Below are positions 16,464-25,521 of a DNA stretch of 64,000 nt, piece by piece (positions within the stretch are counted from its first letter, which is position 1; each line of letters begins with the position of its first letter). The notes under the pieces were generated by a model. The model saw only the letters and a program-made list of their open reading frames with translations. It ran no database searches and was not told the origin of the DNA. Position numbers and translations under genes: made by a program. This stretch comes from Thermoleophilia bacterium (GTDB lineage: Bacteria > Actinomycetota > Thermoleophilia > BMS3ABIN01). The stretch is from NCBI GenBank assembly GCA_014859345.1, contig JACUUL010000003.1, positions 4,460 through 68,459 on the forward strand, given 5' to 3'.

Positions 16464-19262
16464 TTGCCGCAAGTCCGCGCTGTAACCTGGTTTTGCACAA
16501 GCCGTCCCGGACGATTTCCTCATTTCGATTGTGATATTCTCAAGAATGTCAATGCGTGCTCCAGACTCCGCCACGCGGCATTCATACGCATTTGCATTAA
16601 GGCATGGCGCAAATTGGTAATTGCCGGATGGTCCTGCGCCGATGAGAAAGACAATTTCGTGATTAAACTTGCATATTATGACAGAGTGCCGAATCTTGGT
16701 GATTCCTTAAACAGGGACATCGTCGGCTACATGGGGGTAGAGTACCAGGTAACAGGTTTTGGCAGTTCGAACCTGGTGGCGATTGGAAGCATCCTGCACA
16801 ACATCATTGATGACAAAAAACGTGAAAAATATTCATATCATGAATACATTGATATCTGGGGATCGGGCTTCATCAAGGATAACGAGGAGGCAAGACCGGA
16901 ATATTTCATTAAGAAAGTAAATATTCATGCTCTTAGAGGCAGGCTCTCAAAACAAAGGTGTGAAAAAATTTTAGGCCAGGATCTGGGGAATGTCGCTCTG
17001 GGTGATCCGGGATTGCTGGCTTCGCAGGCCATTCCGGTCGAGGGCGCGGAAAAGAAATACGATGTTGGCATCATCCCTCATTACGTTGATAAAGATAGCG
17101 GGTTTTTAAATAACATAAGATTAAAAAACAAGAGCTTCAGGATCATTGAAGTTCTTGATGATGTCAGGAAAGTTTGCCGGGAAATATGCGAATGCAAGGT
17201 AATTCTGTCGTCTGCCATGCATGGATTGGTTGTTGCGGACAGCTATGGAATACCCAACAAATGGATCAGGTTATCGGACAACGTCATAGGCGGGGATTTT
17301 AAATATCTGGATTATTACTCCGCCTTCGGCATTGAAAATGTTGAGGCCGTTGATCTAAGAAAACGAGATATCACGGATGATGACATAGACCTGTTTGAAA
17401 GCGGTTATCTGATTAAAAAAACCGATGTTGAAGAGATTTGCGCGGATCTTCAGGACGCTTTTCCCAGAAAAAGGATTTTCAACCTGCCGCTTAAGCTAAT
17501 CCAGAATATTCGCTTTGCCATGTCGGTGGCCGAGGTAAACAAGAATATTTTGGTCCCCTTCGAGAATAAACCGGTATTTGATCATCTGCACAAGTACTTC
17601 GACTTTTGCATTTCCTTTTGTGAAAAGAGTACGAATGCCCCTCCCTTTGAAAATATTTCATTTGACCACAACAAGCCGTTTATACAGTTTGGCGATGTGA
17701 AAAAACCGCTTGTTTTTCCCTTGCAGATCGTTAACTACTGCGCCTCTAACTGGCACAACAAGGACAGGATCGCATTCATTGGCAAAAGAACGAATGAACG
17801 CGCAGTCGCCTTGCAGCGCTGGCTTGATCATTCTACCAATTCTGGCATTGTCATCACCGACGGTGAAGACGTATACACCGATGGCAACATACTGATCATT
17901 TTTAGCGACATGGGCAGAGCGTTGCCGGAAAAGGCATGGGATGATGAATATTACCGGGACCTTTTGAGTTCAAGATTTGTGCTGTGTCCCAATGGTGATT
18001 TTATTTGGACATACAGGTTTTTTGAGGCGATAATATGCGGCGCGATTCCTATCATTGAGGAACCATGTGATTTATACAGCGACTTTTATTATTATGACAT
18101 GAATACTCATGTTGATAAGCTGTCTTATTCCAGGGATATTGCCATGAACAATCTGATGCTTCTCAAGGAAAAATTTTGTTTTAACGAAAGTGAGATAGCC
18201 AGAGGAGCTTTTACTGAAAAATCCCCGGCGGCAAAGACCTTGCAGGATGATCTGAAAGCTGCAAAAGCAAAAGCGATTAAAGAGAATAAAGAAGCTTTGG
18301 AATGTTTTGAGCTGTCCATAAAAAATTTCCGCGACGGCGATTTTAAAAAGGCGGAAGAATATATTACGAGGTACCGGGCGGAAATAAATTACGATTTCTT
18401 TCCCAGGAAAGACAGGCGCTCACCGCAAACGCCCGAACTATCCGTGATTGTTGTTTCCTATGGCACGGGGCCGGACCTGATTGTGTGCGTGGAATCGCTG
18501 TTAAATAATAATTCCGGTAATTACGAGGTTATAGTTGTTGACAATGGTGGTAATGATGATGTCATTGAAAAGCTCTCAACCCTCGACATCCTGCACGTTC
18601 ACTGCCCCCGAAATTTGTATCCATCGGAAGGGCGCAATATGGGCGCGCATTTTGCCAGGGGCGGGATATTGGCTTTTCTTGATGATGACGCCGTTGTCAA
18701 AGATAACTATGTTCAAAATATCCTCAAGGCATTTGGTGAGCATGCGATAGCCGGACTGCGCGGCAAGATTTTACCGAAAAGCGACTCTTCGGCTAATTTA
18801 ATGGTGAGCCATTACGATCTAGGCGATGAAGAAAAATACATCAGGTACGTAAACACCGAGGGATGCTCTGCTTTTCAAAAGGACAAGTATGCGAACTTAC
18901 AGGGAATGAACCCCCTTTTATTTGGCTATGAAGGGGCTGAGCTTTGTTTAAGAATCGAGAGGTCAGAAGGTTTCAATAGTTTTCTATATGCTCCGGATGT
19001 CGTTATTTGCCATGATTTTGCAAACTCGCACGATAAACTGGAAGCCAAGACAGCCAGACATAGGGAAATGAGCGGGTATCTAAAGATTCTTCACCCCGGG
19101 ATTTTTGATTTCTTCATTGAGACTCCTTCGGGCGCGGACGAAAAAATATCGTTAAAAGAACAGTTGAGAGAGAAAAATGACGAACTGTCAAGCATAAACA
19201 ATTCCAGGTTTTGGAAGCTAAGGAACTTTATCGCCCCGTTTCTGGGTAAAGATAAAATCTGA
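16464..19262 (+). CDS. three-domain enzyme: polysaccharide pyruvyl transferase, exostosin-like (GT47-like) domain, GT2 domain
   Basis: N-terminal NLGDSLN...IGSIL...WGSGF...SSAMHGLVVADSYGIPNKWI (pyruvyl transferase). Middle SRFVLCPNGDFIWTYRFFEAIICGAIPII (exostosin-like). C-terminal LSVIVVSYG...VVDNGGNDD...LDDDA (GT2). The true start is probably the in-frame GTG at 16659 (VIKLAYYDR...). Confidence 0.65.
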   Translation: MPQVRAVTWFCTSRPGRFPHFDCDILKNVNACSRLRHAAFIRICIKAWRKLVIAGWSCADEKDNFVIKLAYYDRVPNLGDSLNRDIVGYMGVEYQVTGFGSSNLVAIGSILHNIIDDKKREKYSYHEYIDIWGSGFIKDNEEARPEYFIKKVNIHALRGRLSKQRCEKILGQDLGNVALGDPGLLASQAIPVEGAEKKYDVGIIPHYVDKDSGFLNNIRLKNKSFRIIEVLDDVRKVCREICECKVILSSAMHGLVVADSYGIPNKWIRLSDNVIGGDFKYLDYYSAFGIENVEAVDLRKRDITDDDIDLFESGYLIKKTDVEEICADLQDAFPRKRIFNLPLKLIQNIRFAMSVAEVNKNILVPFENKPVFDHLHKYFDFCISFCEKSTNAPPFENISFDHNKPFIQFGDVKKPLVFPLQIVNYCASNWHNKDRIAFIGKRTNERAVALQRWLDHSTNSGIVITDGEDVYTDGNILIIFSDMGRALPEKAWDDEYYRDLLSSRFVLCPNGDFIWTYRFFEAIICGAIPIIEEPCDLYSDFYYYDMNTHVDKLSYSRDIAMNNLMLLKEKFCFNESEIARGAFTEKSPAAKTLQDDLKAAKAKAIKENKEALECFELSIKNFRDGDFKKAEEYITRYRAEINYDFFPRKDRRSPQTPELSVIVVSYGTGPDLIVCVESLLNNNSGNYEVIVVDNGGNDDVIEKLSTLDILHVHCPRNLYPSEGRNMGAHFARGGILAFLDDDAVVKDNYVQNILKAFGEHAIAGLRGKILPKSDSSANLMVSHYDLGDEEKYIRYVNTEGCSAFQKDKYANLQGMNPLLFGYEGAELCLRIERSEGFNSFLYAPDVVICHDFANSHDKLEAKTARHREMSGYLKILHPGIFDFFIETPSGADEKISLKEQLREKNDELSSINNSRFWKLRNFIAPFLGKDKI

Positions 19263-19306
19263 CCGGGATTACGGAAACCTGTTCATGCTTGTTTCGCTGC
19301 TGCGTT

Positions 19307-20521
19307 TTACCGCCATTTGTGTTCCAGGTTAACGATTCCCTTATACTCGCTGTTCGCCTCCGCCGGAAAGATCTGGAACGTTCGGGCTCTTTTCCTCAAA
19401 TCAAAAAGACTCTGCTCGATGTCTCCAAAGCAGGCAACGTTTAGATAATAACCGCCTTGAAGGAGGGGAATTTGCGGCAACGTCATCTCAATCTTGTCTT
19501 TCCGAATCTTGTGGCCATCGATGGAAGTATTACAGGACAGGATATGAAAGCCGTCATCTCTGTAGATGCCGATGGCTACATGAATATCCTCCGCAGTCTT
19601 CCCGACTCTCTCAAACTCAACCTTGATAGTCAGATCGTCTCCGGTCTGAAATGTCTTTTTTTCCCGGCCGTCACGATCAAGCAGTTGAACATTGATCACC
19701 TGCGCTTTCTTCTGGCTGGAATCCTCCTTCGTGTCTTGATTGGCTTCCGCCGCGGTCCTGCTCTCTGTTTCCGCCATATTCCGCAGCATATACTCATTGA
19801 CGACTTCGTCTGGCGGTCCGATAATTCTGATTTTTCCCGATTCCAGCAGCATCGCCCGGTCGCAATGCCTCTGAATCGTCGCGGTGCTGTGAGATACCAG
19901 CACAATCGTTTTTGCCTGTCGTTTGTACTTGCTGAACTCCGAAAGGCACTTCGCCTGAAAATTGCTGTCGCCCACGGCCAGCACCTCATCCATGAGCAGT
20001 ATCTCCGCGTGGGCGTGGATGCTCAGCGCAAAAGCCAGCCTCACCTGCATCCCGGAGGAGAAATTCTTGAACTTCATGTCAACAAATTCCTCCAGCTCGG
20101 CAAAACCTATGATGTTGTCGAAGTTTTTTTCTATGTCCTTTTTTGATAAACCGAGAACCGCGCCGCCAAGAAACACGTTCTCCCGGGCTGTCAGCTCCGG
20201 GTTGAAGCCCACGCCCAGCTCCAGGAATGGCGAAAGTTTTCCGTTAACTTTCAACGTGCCGCCGCCGGGCATGTATATCCCGGCCAGGATCTTCAGCAGC
20301 GTGCTCTTGCCGCTGCCGTTCTTGCCGATGATGCCGAAAAATTCGCCCTTCCTTATCTCAAAACTGACATCGTTCAATGCCTCGAAAGTTTGATACGACT
20401 TTGGCCGGAAGATGTTCAGGGCCGCCTGCTTGATGGTGGTGTGCCGCTCGTGAGGGATCCTGAAAGCCTTGGAAAGGTTCTTTACCTCAATGGCGATCTC
20501 ATCTGTCTTTGCTTCATTCAT
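19307..20521 (-). CDS. wzt: ABC transporter ATP-binding protein Wzt/TagH type with C-terminal beta-sandwich (carbohydrate-binding-like) domain
   Basis: Walker A GKNGSGKST, signature SSGMQVRLAF and Walker B ILLMDE, then a ~150-aa extension (VINVQLLDRDG...YYLNVACF) like Wzt C-terminal domains. Alternative upstream start at 20572. Confidence 0.8.
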   Translation of the reverse strand: MNEAKTDEIAIEVKNLSKAFRIPHERHTTIKQAALNIFRPKSYQTFEALNDVSFEIRKGEFFGIIGKNGSGKSTLLKILAGIYMPGGGTLKVNGKLSPFLELGVGFNPELTARENVFLGGAVLGLSKKDIEKNFDNIIGFAELEEFVDMKFKNFSSGMQVRLAFALSIHAHAEILLMDEVLAVGDSNFQAKCLSEFSKYKRQAKTIVLVSHSTATIQRHCDRAMLLESGKIRIIGPPDEVVNEYMLRNMAETESRTAAEANQDTKEDSSQKKAQVINVQLLDRDGREKKTFQTGDDLTIKVEFERVGKTAEDIHVAIGIYRDDGFHILSCNTSIDGHKIRKDKIEMTLPQIPLLQGGYYLNVACFGDIEQSLFDLRKRARTFQIFPAEANSEYKGIVNLEHKWR

Positions 20522-20590
20522 TGATTGTTGCTGTTTCGTTTTTTCTTTTGTGAGAACCGTCAGGCTGAACATGGGGATCAGGCCGTCCTC

Positions 20591-21373
20591 TTATACTTCC
20601 TCGGCGAACTTCATCGCCATCCGCTGGAAGACAAAATAACCCAGGATGAAGATTATTATCGTTAAAAAGTAGGGCAGGAGGCCAATTATGCCATTTACGC
20701 TCACGGAGGACTCTATCGTGGGCGAGATGATTATCCTTCTGAAATCCTGGATTATCTGAGCCACGGGGCTCAGCATCATGACCCTCGCGAAATCGGGGGG
20801 CACCAGCGCCAGCGGGTAAAGGATCGGAGTCGCGTAAAAGAGAGCCTGGGCAAAGACTTCCCAGATATGGACGATGTCCCGGTATCGCACAAACAGAGAG
20901 GCGAGAAAGAACGCGACTCCCAGCGACAGGATGTAGAACTCGATAACCACCAATGGCATCCATAACAGGCTAGTGGAAAATTCGACACCGACATAAACCG
21001 CAAAACCGAAAACCACTATGAGATTGATCACCAATGATATGAGAGCGCTGAGGCTCGAAGAAATCGGCAGGATGATCTTGGGAAAATATACTTTTCTTAT
21101 CAGATCCCCCCGGCCCACTATGGAAGTCATGCAGACGTTGGTGGTTTCAGCAAAAAATCCCCAGAGCATGACCCCCAGGAGAAGATAAACCGGGTAATTG
21201 GGAATGGTTCCGCCGATCCTGAAGATCCGGGTGAAAACGGTGTAAAGAACGAGAAAAAGAAGAAGAGGCTTCGCCAGCGACCAGAGATAACCGAAAAACG
21301 AACCCTTGAACTTGAGCTTGAAATCGGTTATGGCCAGTTCTTTGATGAGATAGGAGTACTTTCTTCTTTTCAT
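20591..21373 (-). CDS. wzm: ABC-2 type polysaccharide export permease (Wzm/TagG type)
   Basis: Six hydrophobic segments; N-terminal LIKELAITDFKLKFKGSFFGYLWSL is typical of Wzm/TagG. ATG at 21373 preferred over the extended ORF start at 21484. Confidence 0.8.
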   Translation of the reverse strand: MKRRKYSYLIKELAITDFKLKFKGSFFGYLWSLAKPLLLFLVLYTVFTRIFRIGGTIPNYPVYLLLGVMLWGFFAETTNVCMTSIVGRGDLIRKVYFPKIILPISSSLSALISLVINLIVVFGFAVYVGVEFSTSLLWMPLVVIEFYILSLGVAFFLASLFVRYRDIVHIWEVFAQALFYATPILYPLALVPPDFARVMMLSPVAQIIQDFRRIIISPTIESSVSVNGIIGLLPYFLTIIIFILGYFVFQRMAMKFAEEV

Positions 21374-21529
21374 AGCATCAGAGTATATCAATTTTGATTT
21401 GCCAGTTTCTCGGGCGGGAAAGAAGATATCACGGCGTTTGGGCTGGAAATGACGGAAAAAGGAATCCCGTCTAAAGGGACCCAAGGCCCGGGAGGCACGT
21501 AAAGTGGCGCGAAAAGCAGTCGAAGCTGC

Positions 21530-24500
21530 TCAGGGCGCCACGCTGGTGATGGCGATCCTGATATTCCGTTGGGTGTTTACCGGCTGCACCGCGGTGTCGG
21601 TGTAGTAGTAGCCGAGGATCGTCGTGTAGCTGTCGCCCCGCTCGGCCCGTTTGTAAGCCCCGTATCCGCTCAGCCCCACCCCGTGGCCCAGCAGGGTCAT
21701 ACCGTTACAGTCGGGATCCGGAACGCTCTGCAGCCAGGGCCAGCTGCTGCCCCAGCCCGCCTCCTGCGCCGAGCGGGTCCTGCCGTCTGATCTGGAGAAA
21801 TAGGGGGTGATGGCCACCTGGCCGCCATAGGTCACCACCTCACCGGCGGTGCCGTTCACCGCCGCCACCAGATCGGGGAAACGGGCCTCCAGACCGTAGC
21901 CCTTGTAAACCTGGTCGTCTCCGTTGCCAAAGCGGCTGTTCTTTAAATGAAAGATCTCGGAGCTGCCGTGCTTGCCGCCCCTGTCCAGGTGCCAGATGGC
22001 GTAGCTGCGGGCGGCCACGCTCATGGTCTTGAGCAGTTCGGCGGGGGAACCGGAGCTGGTTTCCGCTATCCCCTTCAGATAGCTCTCCACGGGCAGGTCG
22101 TTAACCACCCAGACCCGGTTCGAGACCGGTGAGTAGCGCACCTCGATGGCGCCCCGGAATCTGTTGTCGTTGAGGCTCTGGTTCCAAGTGGGCACGTCGT
22201 TATAAGAGGTAACCTGCATGATGCCGCCGGCGGCCGGCGCCATCCGGTAATACGATGATCCGCCATGCGCGAAGCCGGTGCTGGTCAGAAGCGAATAGGT
22301 CCCGCCGTCATAGTCCACTGAGGCGGTCTGGCCGGCCGGGAGCGTGACCACCAGGTTGCCGTACCCGTCATTTACATGAAAATCGGAATTCGCGGTCACC
22401 GTGGCGGCCGGAGCGGTGGTCGGCGCGGTGCCCTCTCCCTCCAGCACTGTGCCGGTCAGTTCATTGAAGTGTCCATTCCAGACGACCCGCTGGGAGGCCA
22501 GGATGCCGGCGGGAATTCCTTTGCCGGAGTCGGTCCAGGCCTGCACCTGCACCGGGCCGCTCATGGTCCCCGGGAAGACCGGTGTCACATTGCCGCCGGG
22601 GCCGAGCGTGCCGCTTTGCCGAAGCTGGCCTGCGATCGCGATCTCGTAATAAACCGGAGCGCCCCCGGGGTTGGAAACCAGGACCCAGTTGCTGGCGCCC
22701 GCAGAGCTGTGGTCGTACCAGGTCCAGTGGTAGGTATGGCTCAGCTTGCCCCACGGCATTCCCGGAACCTCCTCGAATGAGGGGCCCCAGATCACGCGCT
22801 GGGAGGCGATCGATTTGGCCGGAGAATCGTCAGAGACCCGGTAAGTCCTGAGTTCCACGGGCCCTCCCATGGAGCCCGGAAAAGTCGGGGTAACCCGGCC
22901 CCCGGGCTGGAGCGTGCCCGTTCCGCCGGGAGGCACCTGGCCCGCGATCCGGATCTCATATCTGATCGCAAAGTCGTTGTGATTGGCCACCAGCACCCAG
23001 TTGGTGGCGGCCGCGCTTGCCTGGTCGTACCAGGTCCACAGGTAGCGCTCGGACAGGTCTTCCACCGGGATGCCGGGCTGCTCGTTAAACGCCTCTCCCC
23101 CGTTGGAAAGCACCCGCTGGGAGGCTATTACCCTGGCCGGCGTCCCCTTCCCGGAGTCAGTCCAGGCCTTTACTTCCACCGGGCCGCCCATGACGCCCGG
23201 GAAAGTGGGGGTCGCGTTGCCGCCGGCTGCGATGGTACCGCTGGCCACAAGCTGGCCGGCGATTGCAATCTCGTAAAAAACCGAGCGATTGTTCTGGTTG
23301 GCTACCAGCACCCAGTTGGTATAACCGCTGCTCAGCTGGTCGTACCAGGGCCAATAATAATGGCTGGACAGTTTCCCGGCGTCGATGCCCGGCACCTCGT
23401 CGAAAGAATTTTTCCCCCAGAGGACTCGCTGGCTGGTAATGGCCTTGGCGCCGGTCAGCGAAGCCGCGTTCACAGGGCCGCCCATGTATCCGGCGTAGGA
23501 AGGGGCGATCGTCTTTCCCTTTCCGGCCCGGACGGAACCGCAGAGACCGGGGCACAAACCATCACTAACCGCGAAGGGAGTCAAATCCATGTACCGGCCC
23601 GCGATATACAGATCGAAATAGGAATCGTCTTCCGACGAGACCGGGTTGGCCATCAGCACCCAGTTGCGGCTATTGATGCCGTCATACCAGGACCAGTAAT
23701 AATCGCGGGGATTGTTGCTGTTTTGAGACACGTTGAAAGTCCAGGAAGCCTCCTTGCTCTCGCCCCAGGAGTTGGACACTTTCATGTAGACGGTGTGCGG
23801 GCCGGCATCGAGGGGTTCCGGCGGCCGGTAGCTGGCATAGTTTTGCCTCCTGGTGGAGCCCGCGGAGACGTCGACGCCGTCCAGCTTGACCACGGTTGAG
23901 GACGGCGCGATGCCGGAGCCTGCGATATCTGCATAGAGCAAAGGCCGCTTGTTGGCTGCCTGGTTGTCGCCGGCGGGCCTCGTGTTGGCGATCTCCGGTT
24001 TGTAACGGAACTGGGCGGCTGCGGCGCTGCGGATAGCCGGCAGGCGCTGATAGAGGTAATGGCCGGGACAGGCGGTGGCGTTGACGTCGCGGTGGCCCAG
24101 GTAATTAGGCAGGTATACGCCGTTCATGTAATCGTTGCCGAGGGGGAAGATATAGTAGGTGTTGGATTTTCCGGTCATCAGGTCCACGAGGGCGTTGTGC
24201 GTCGCCGTGGTGATGTCCATTTCCTGGTAATTTCCCATCGCCGATATGCCGATGGTGCCCGCGTTCCAGCCGCGGGCGTGGCCGGCGATGACGGACTGGC
24301 TAAAGGGGGCTCCGGCGCCGCCGGCCCGGCCTTCATAGACGTTGCCGCGCCAGTCGACCAGATAGTTGTACCCGATGTCGCCCCACCCCAGGCTTACCGC
24401 GTGGTAATAATAGATGGAGCGGACGGTGGCCGGCGGATCGGGATCCCAGTTTTGAGTGACGGTGTGGTGCAGGATTATTTTCTTCGGGGCCTGGTACTGG

Positions 24501-25261
24501 GGAGTCCAGGTCATCCATGATTCGTTTGCACCCCACTGGGCCCGGGAAATTACGCCGGGCTCGGCCTTCGCCTTTCCTGACTCGAACAGCCTGCCCGCCT
24601 GATTGATAAAACCAGAAAGCGATATGGACGAACTGTCGTTCAGGCCTTTGGAATCGATATAGCTGGCGGTGAGCCTGGTGACGGCGGGAGACTCGCCCAG
24701 GCCGTTGGCGGCAAGCGTCAGGCGATACTGGAAGAAACGGGCTTCGTCGACGAAGACCAGATCGCCAATGGTTTCCCCGCCTGATCTGGTCTCATCGATA
24801 TGATCGGGCAGGTCGTCATCATTAATCTCCACATCCTGCCAATCATCCCATATCTGGCCATCCCGGCTGAATCGGACCTCCGCGGAGATTCCGGCCCCCG
24901 GAGGCACCTGACCCACCCAGTGCAGGCCGATGGCGTTAAACGCGAAGTCCGCTTCCGCGGGCTCGGAAACGTACCCCCCCTCGGCCCAGGGACCGGAGGC
25001 GTCCAGGCCCAGCGCCGCTGTTTCACCGCTAAAACCCAAAACCGGCGCTTCTGCCTCTCCCGGACCGCGGCCCTTAAGCAGGGTTCCCCTGAACTGGCCG
25101 TCCGCGAACCGTCCGGCATCGGCGACGTAATTCCTCCCGATCGTCTCGGGAGGCGGCGGCTCGACAGCGCCGTATCCCGAGGAAAAAAGAAACGCCACGG
25201 AGAGGGACAGCGCCGCGGCGGCCGCGCCTACCCAATACCTTATCTTGCCGTGATAAAACAT
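21530..25261 (-). CDS. giant secreted cell-wall hydrolase: N-acetylmuramoyl-L-alanine amidase (PGRP/Amidase_2) domain, Ig-like module, four tandem beta-sandwich repeats, SpoIID/LytB domain
   Basis: Signal/anchor IRYWVGAAAAALSLSVAFLF. Amidase: ILHHTV...GWGDIGYNYLVD..G.VYEGRAGG...GHRDV.ATACPG. Repeats: [YH]YWxWYD...NWVLVAN...YEIAIAGQ...GGPV...ASQRV, four times. SpoIID: YLKGIAETSS...SVAARSYA...QVYKGYG...TPYFSRSDGRTRS. Start taken at Met18 of ORF 21530..25312. Confidence 0.75.
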   Translation of the reverse strand: MFYHGKIRYWVGAAAAALSLSVAFLFSSGYGAVEPPPPETIGRNYVADAGRFADGQFRGTLLKGRGPGEAEAPVLGFSGETAALGLDASGPWAEGGYVSEPAEADFAFNAIGLHWVGQVPPGAGISAEVRFSRDGQIWDDWQDVEINDDDLPDHIDETRSGGETIGDLVFVDEARFFQYRLTLAANGLGESPAVTRLTASYIDSKGLNDSSSISLSGFINQAGRLFESGKAKAEPGVISRAQWGANESWMTWTPQYQAPKKIILHHTVTQNWDPDPPATVRSIYYYHAVSLGWGDIGYNYLVDWRGNVYEGRAGGAGAPFSQSVIAGHARGWNAGTIGISAMGNYQEMDITTATHNALVDLMTGKSNTYYIFPLGNDYMNGVYLPNYLGHRDVNATACPGHYLYQRLPAIRSAAAAQFRYKPEIANTRPAGDNQAANKRPLLYADIAGSGIAPSSTVVKLDGVDVSAGSTRRQNYASYRPPEPLDAGPHTVYMKVSNSWGESKEASWTFNVSQNSNNPRDYYWSWYDGINSRNWVLMANPVSSEDDSYFDLYIAGRYMDLTPFAVSDGLCPGLCGSVRAGKGKTIAPSYAGYMGGPVNAASLTGAKAITSQRVLWGKNSFDEVPGIDAGKLSSHYYWPWYDQLSSGYTNWVLVANQNNRSVFYEIAIAGQLVASGTIAAGGNATPTFPGVMGGPVEVKAWTDSGKGTPARVIASQRVLSNGGEAFNEQPGIPVEDLSERYLWTWYDQASAAATNWVLVANHNDFAIRYEIRIAGQVPPGGTGTLQPGGRVTPTFPGSMGGPVELRTYRVSDDSPAKSIASQRVIWGPSFEEVPGMPWGKLSHTYHWTWYDHSSAGASNWVLVSNPGGAPVYYEIAIAGQLRQSGTLGPGGNVTPVFPGTMSGPVQVQAWTDSGKGIPAGILASQRVVWNGHFNELTGTVLEGEGTAPTTAPAATVTANSDFHVNDGYGNLVVTLPAGQTASVDYDGGTYSLLTSTGFAHGGSSYYRMAPAAGGIMQVTSYNDVPTWNQSLNDNRFRGAIEVRYSPVSNRVWVVNDLPVESYLKGIAETSSGSPAELLKTMSVAARSYAIWHLDRGGKHGSSEIFHLKNSRFGNGDDQVYKGYGLEARFPDLVAAVNGTAGEVVTYGGQVAITPYFSRSDGRTRSAQEAGWGSSWPWLQSVPDPDCNGMTLLGHGVGLSGYGAYKRAERGDSYTTILGYYYTDTAVQPVNTQRNIRIAITSVAP
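22448..23704 (-). repeat. intragenic tandem repeat, four units of about 105-115 codons, inside the amidase/SpoIID gene
   Basis: The protein repeats begin near codons 537, 651, 757 and 861. DNA-level similarity shows in near-identical antisense ORF translations ending ...SWPAIAIS at 22649 and 23276, 627 nt (two units) apart. Confidence 0.8.
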
Positions 25262-25521
25262 CGTTAAGTGTTCCTCATCATCTACTCTAGAGACGGCCTC
25301 ATGCAACTGCAATGGGAGGAATATTAAAATCTTTCCAATTCTTGTTCGTCGTTCCCGGCAGTTCGATTCCGCTTCTGTTTAGGGGTTGCCGGGAACCCTC
25401 CCTCTGGAAACAATAATCAACGAGGGGCTAAGAAGGAAATTTATGCAAAACCCTGCCATTTCCTGCCAATTGGTGATTTCCGGCTTGTTACCCTTGCCTG
25501 TAAGTCTGTAGGATTTAGACC

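Noticed and set aside
22448-23704. Regularly spaced repeats considered as a possible CRISPR-like or satellite array
   Set aside because: The period is about 320-340 bp, the units are in frame, and they encode a conserved protein domain. This is a coding tandem duplication, not a CRISPR array.
25444-25458. Sigma-54-like element on the minus strand (TGGCAGGGTTTTGCA) upstream of the amidase/SpoIID gene
   Set aside because: The GG and GC dinucleotides are separated by 9 nt, not the invariant 10. The location is attractive, given the domain sharing with the sigma-54 operon, but the spacing argues against a functional -24/-12 promoter.
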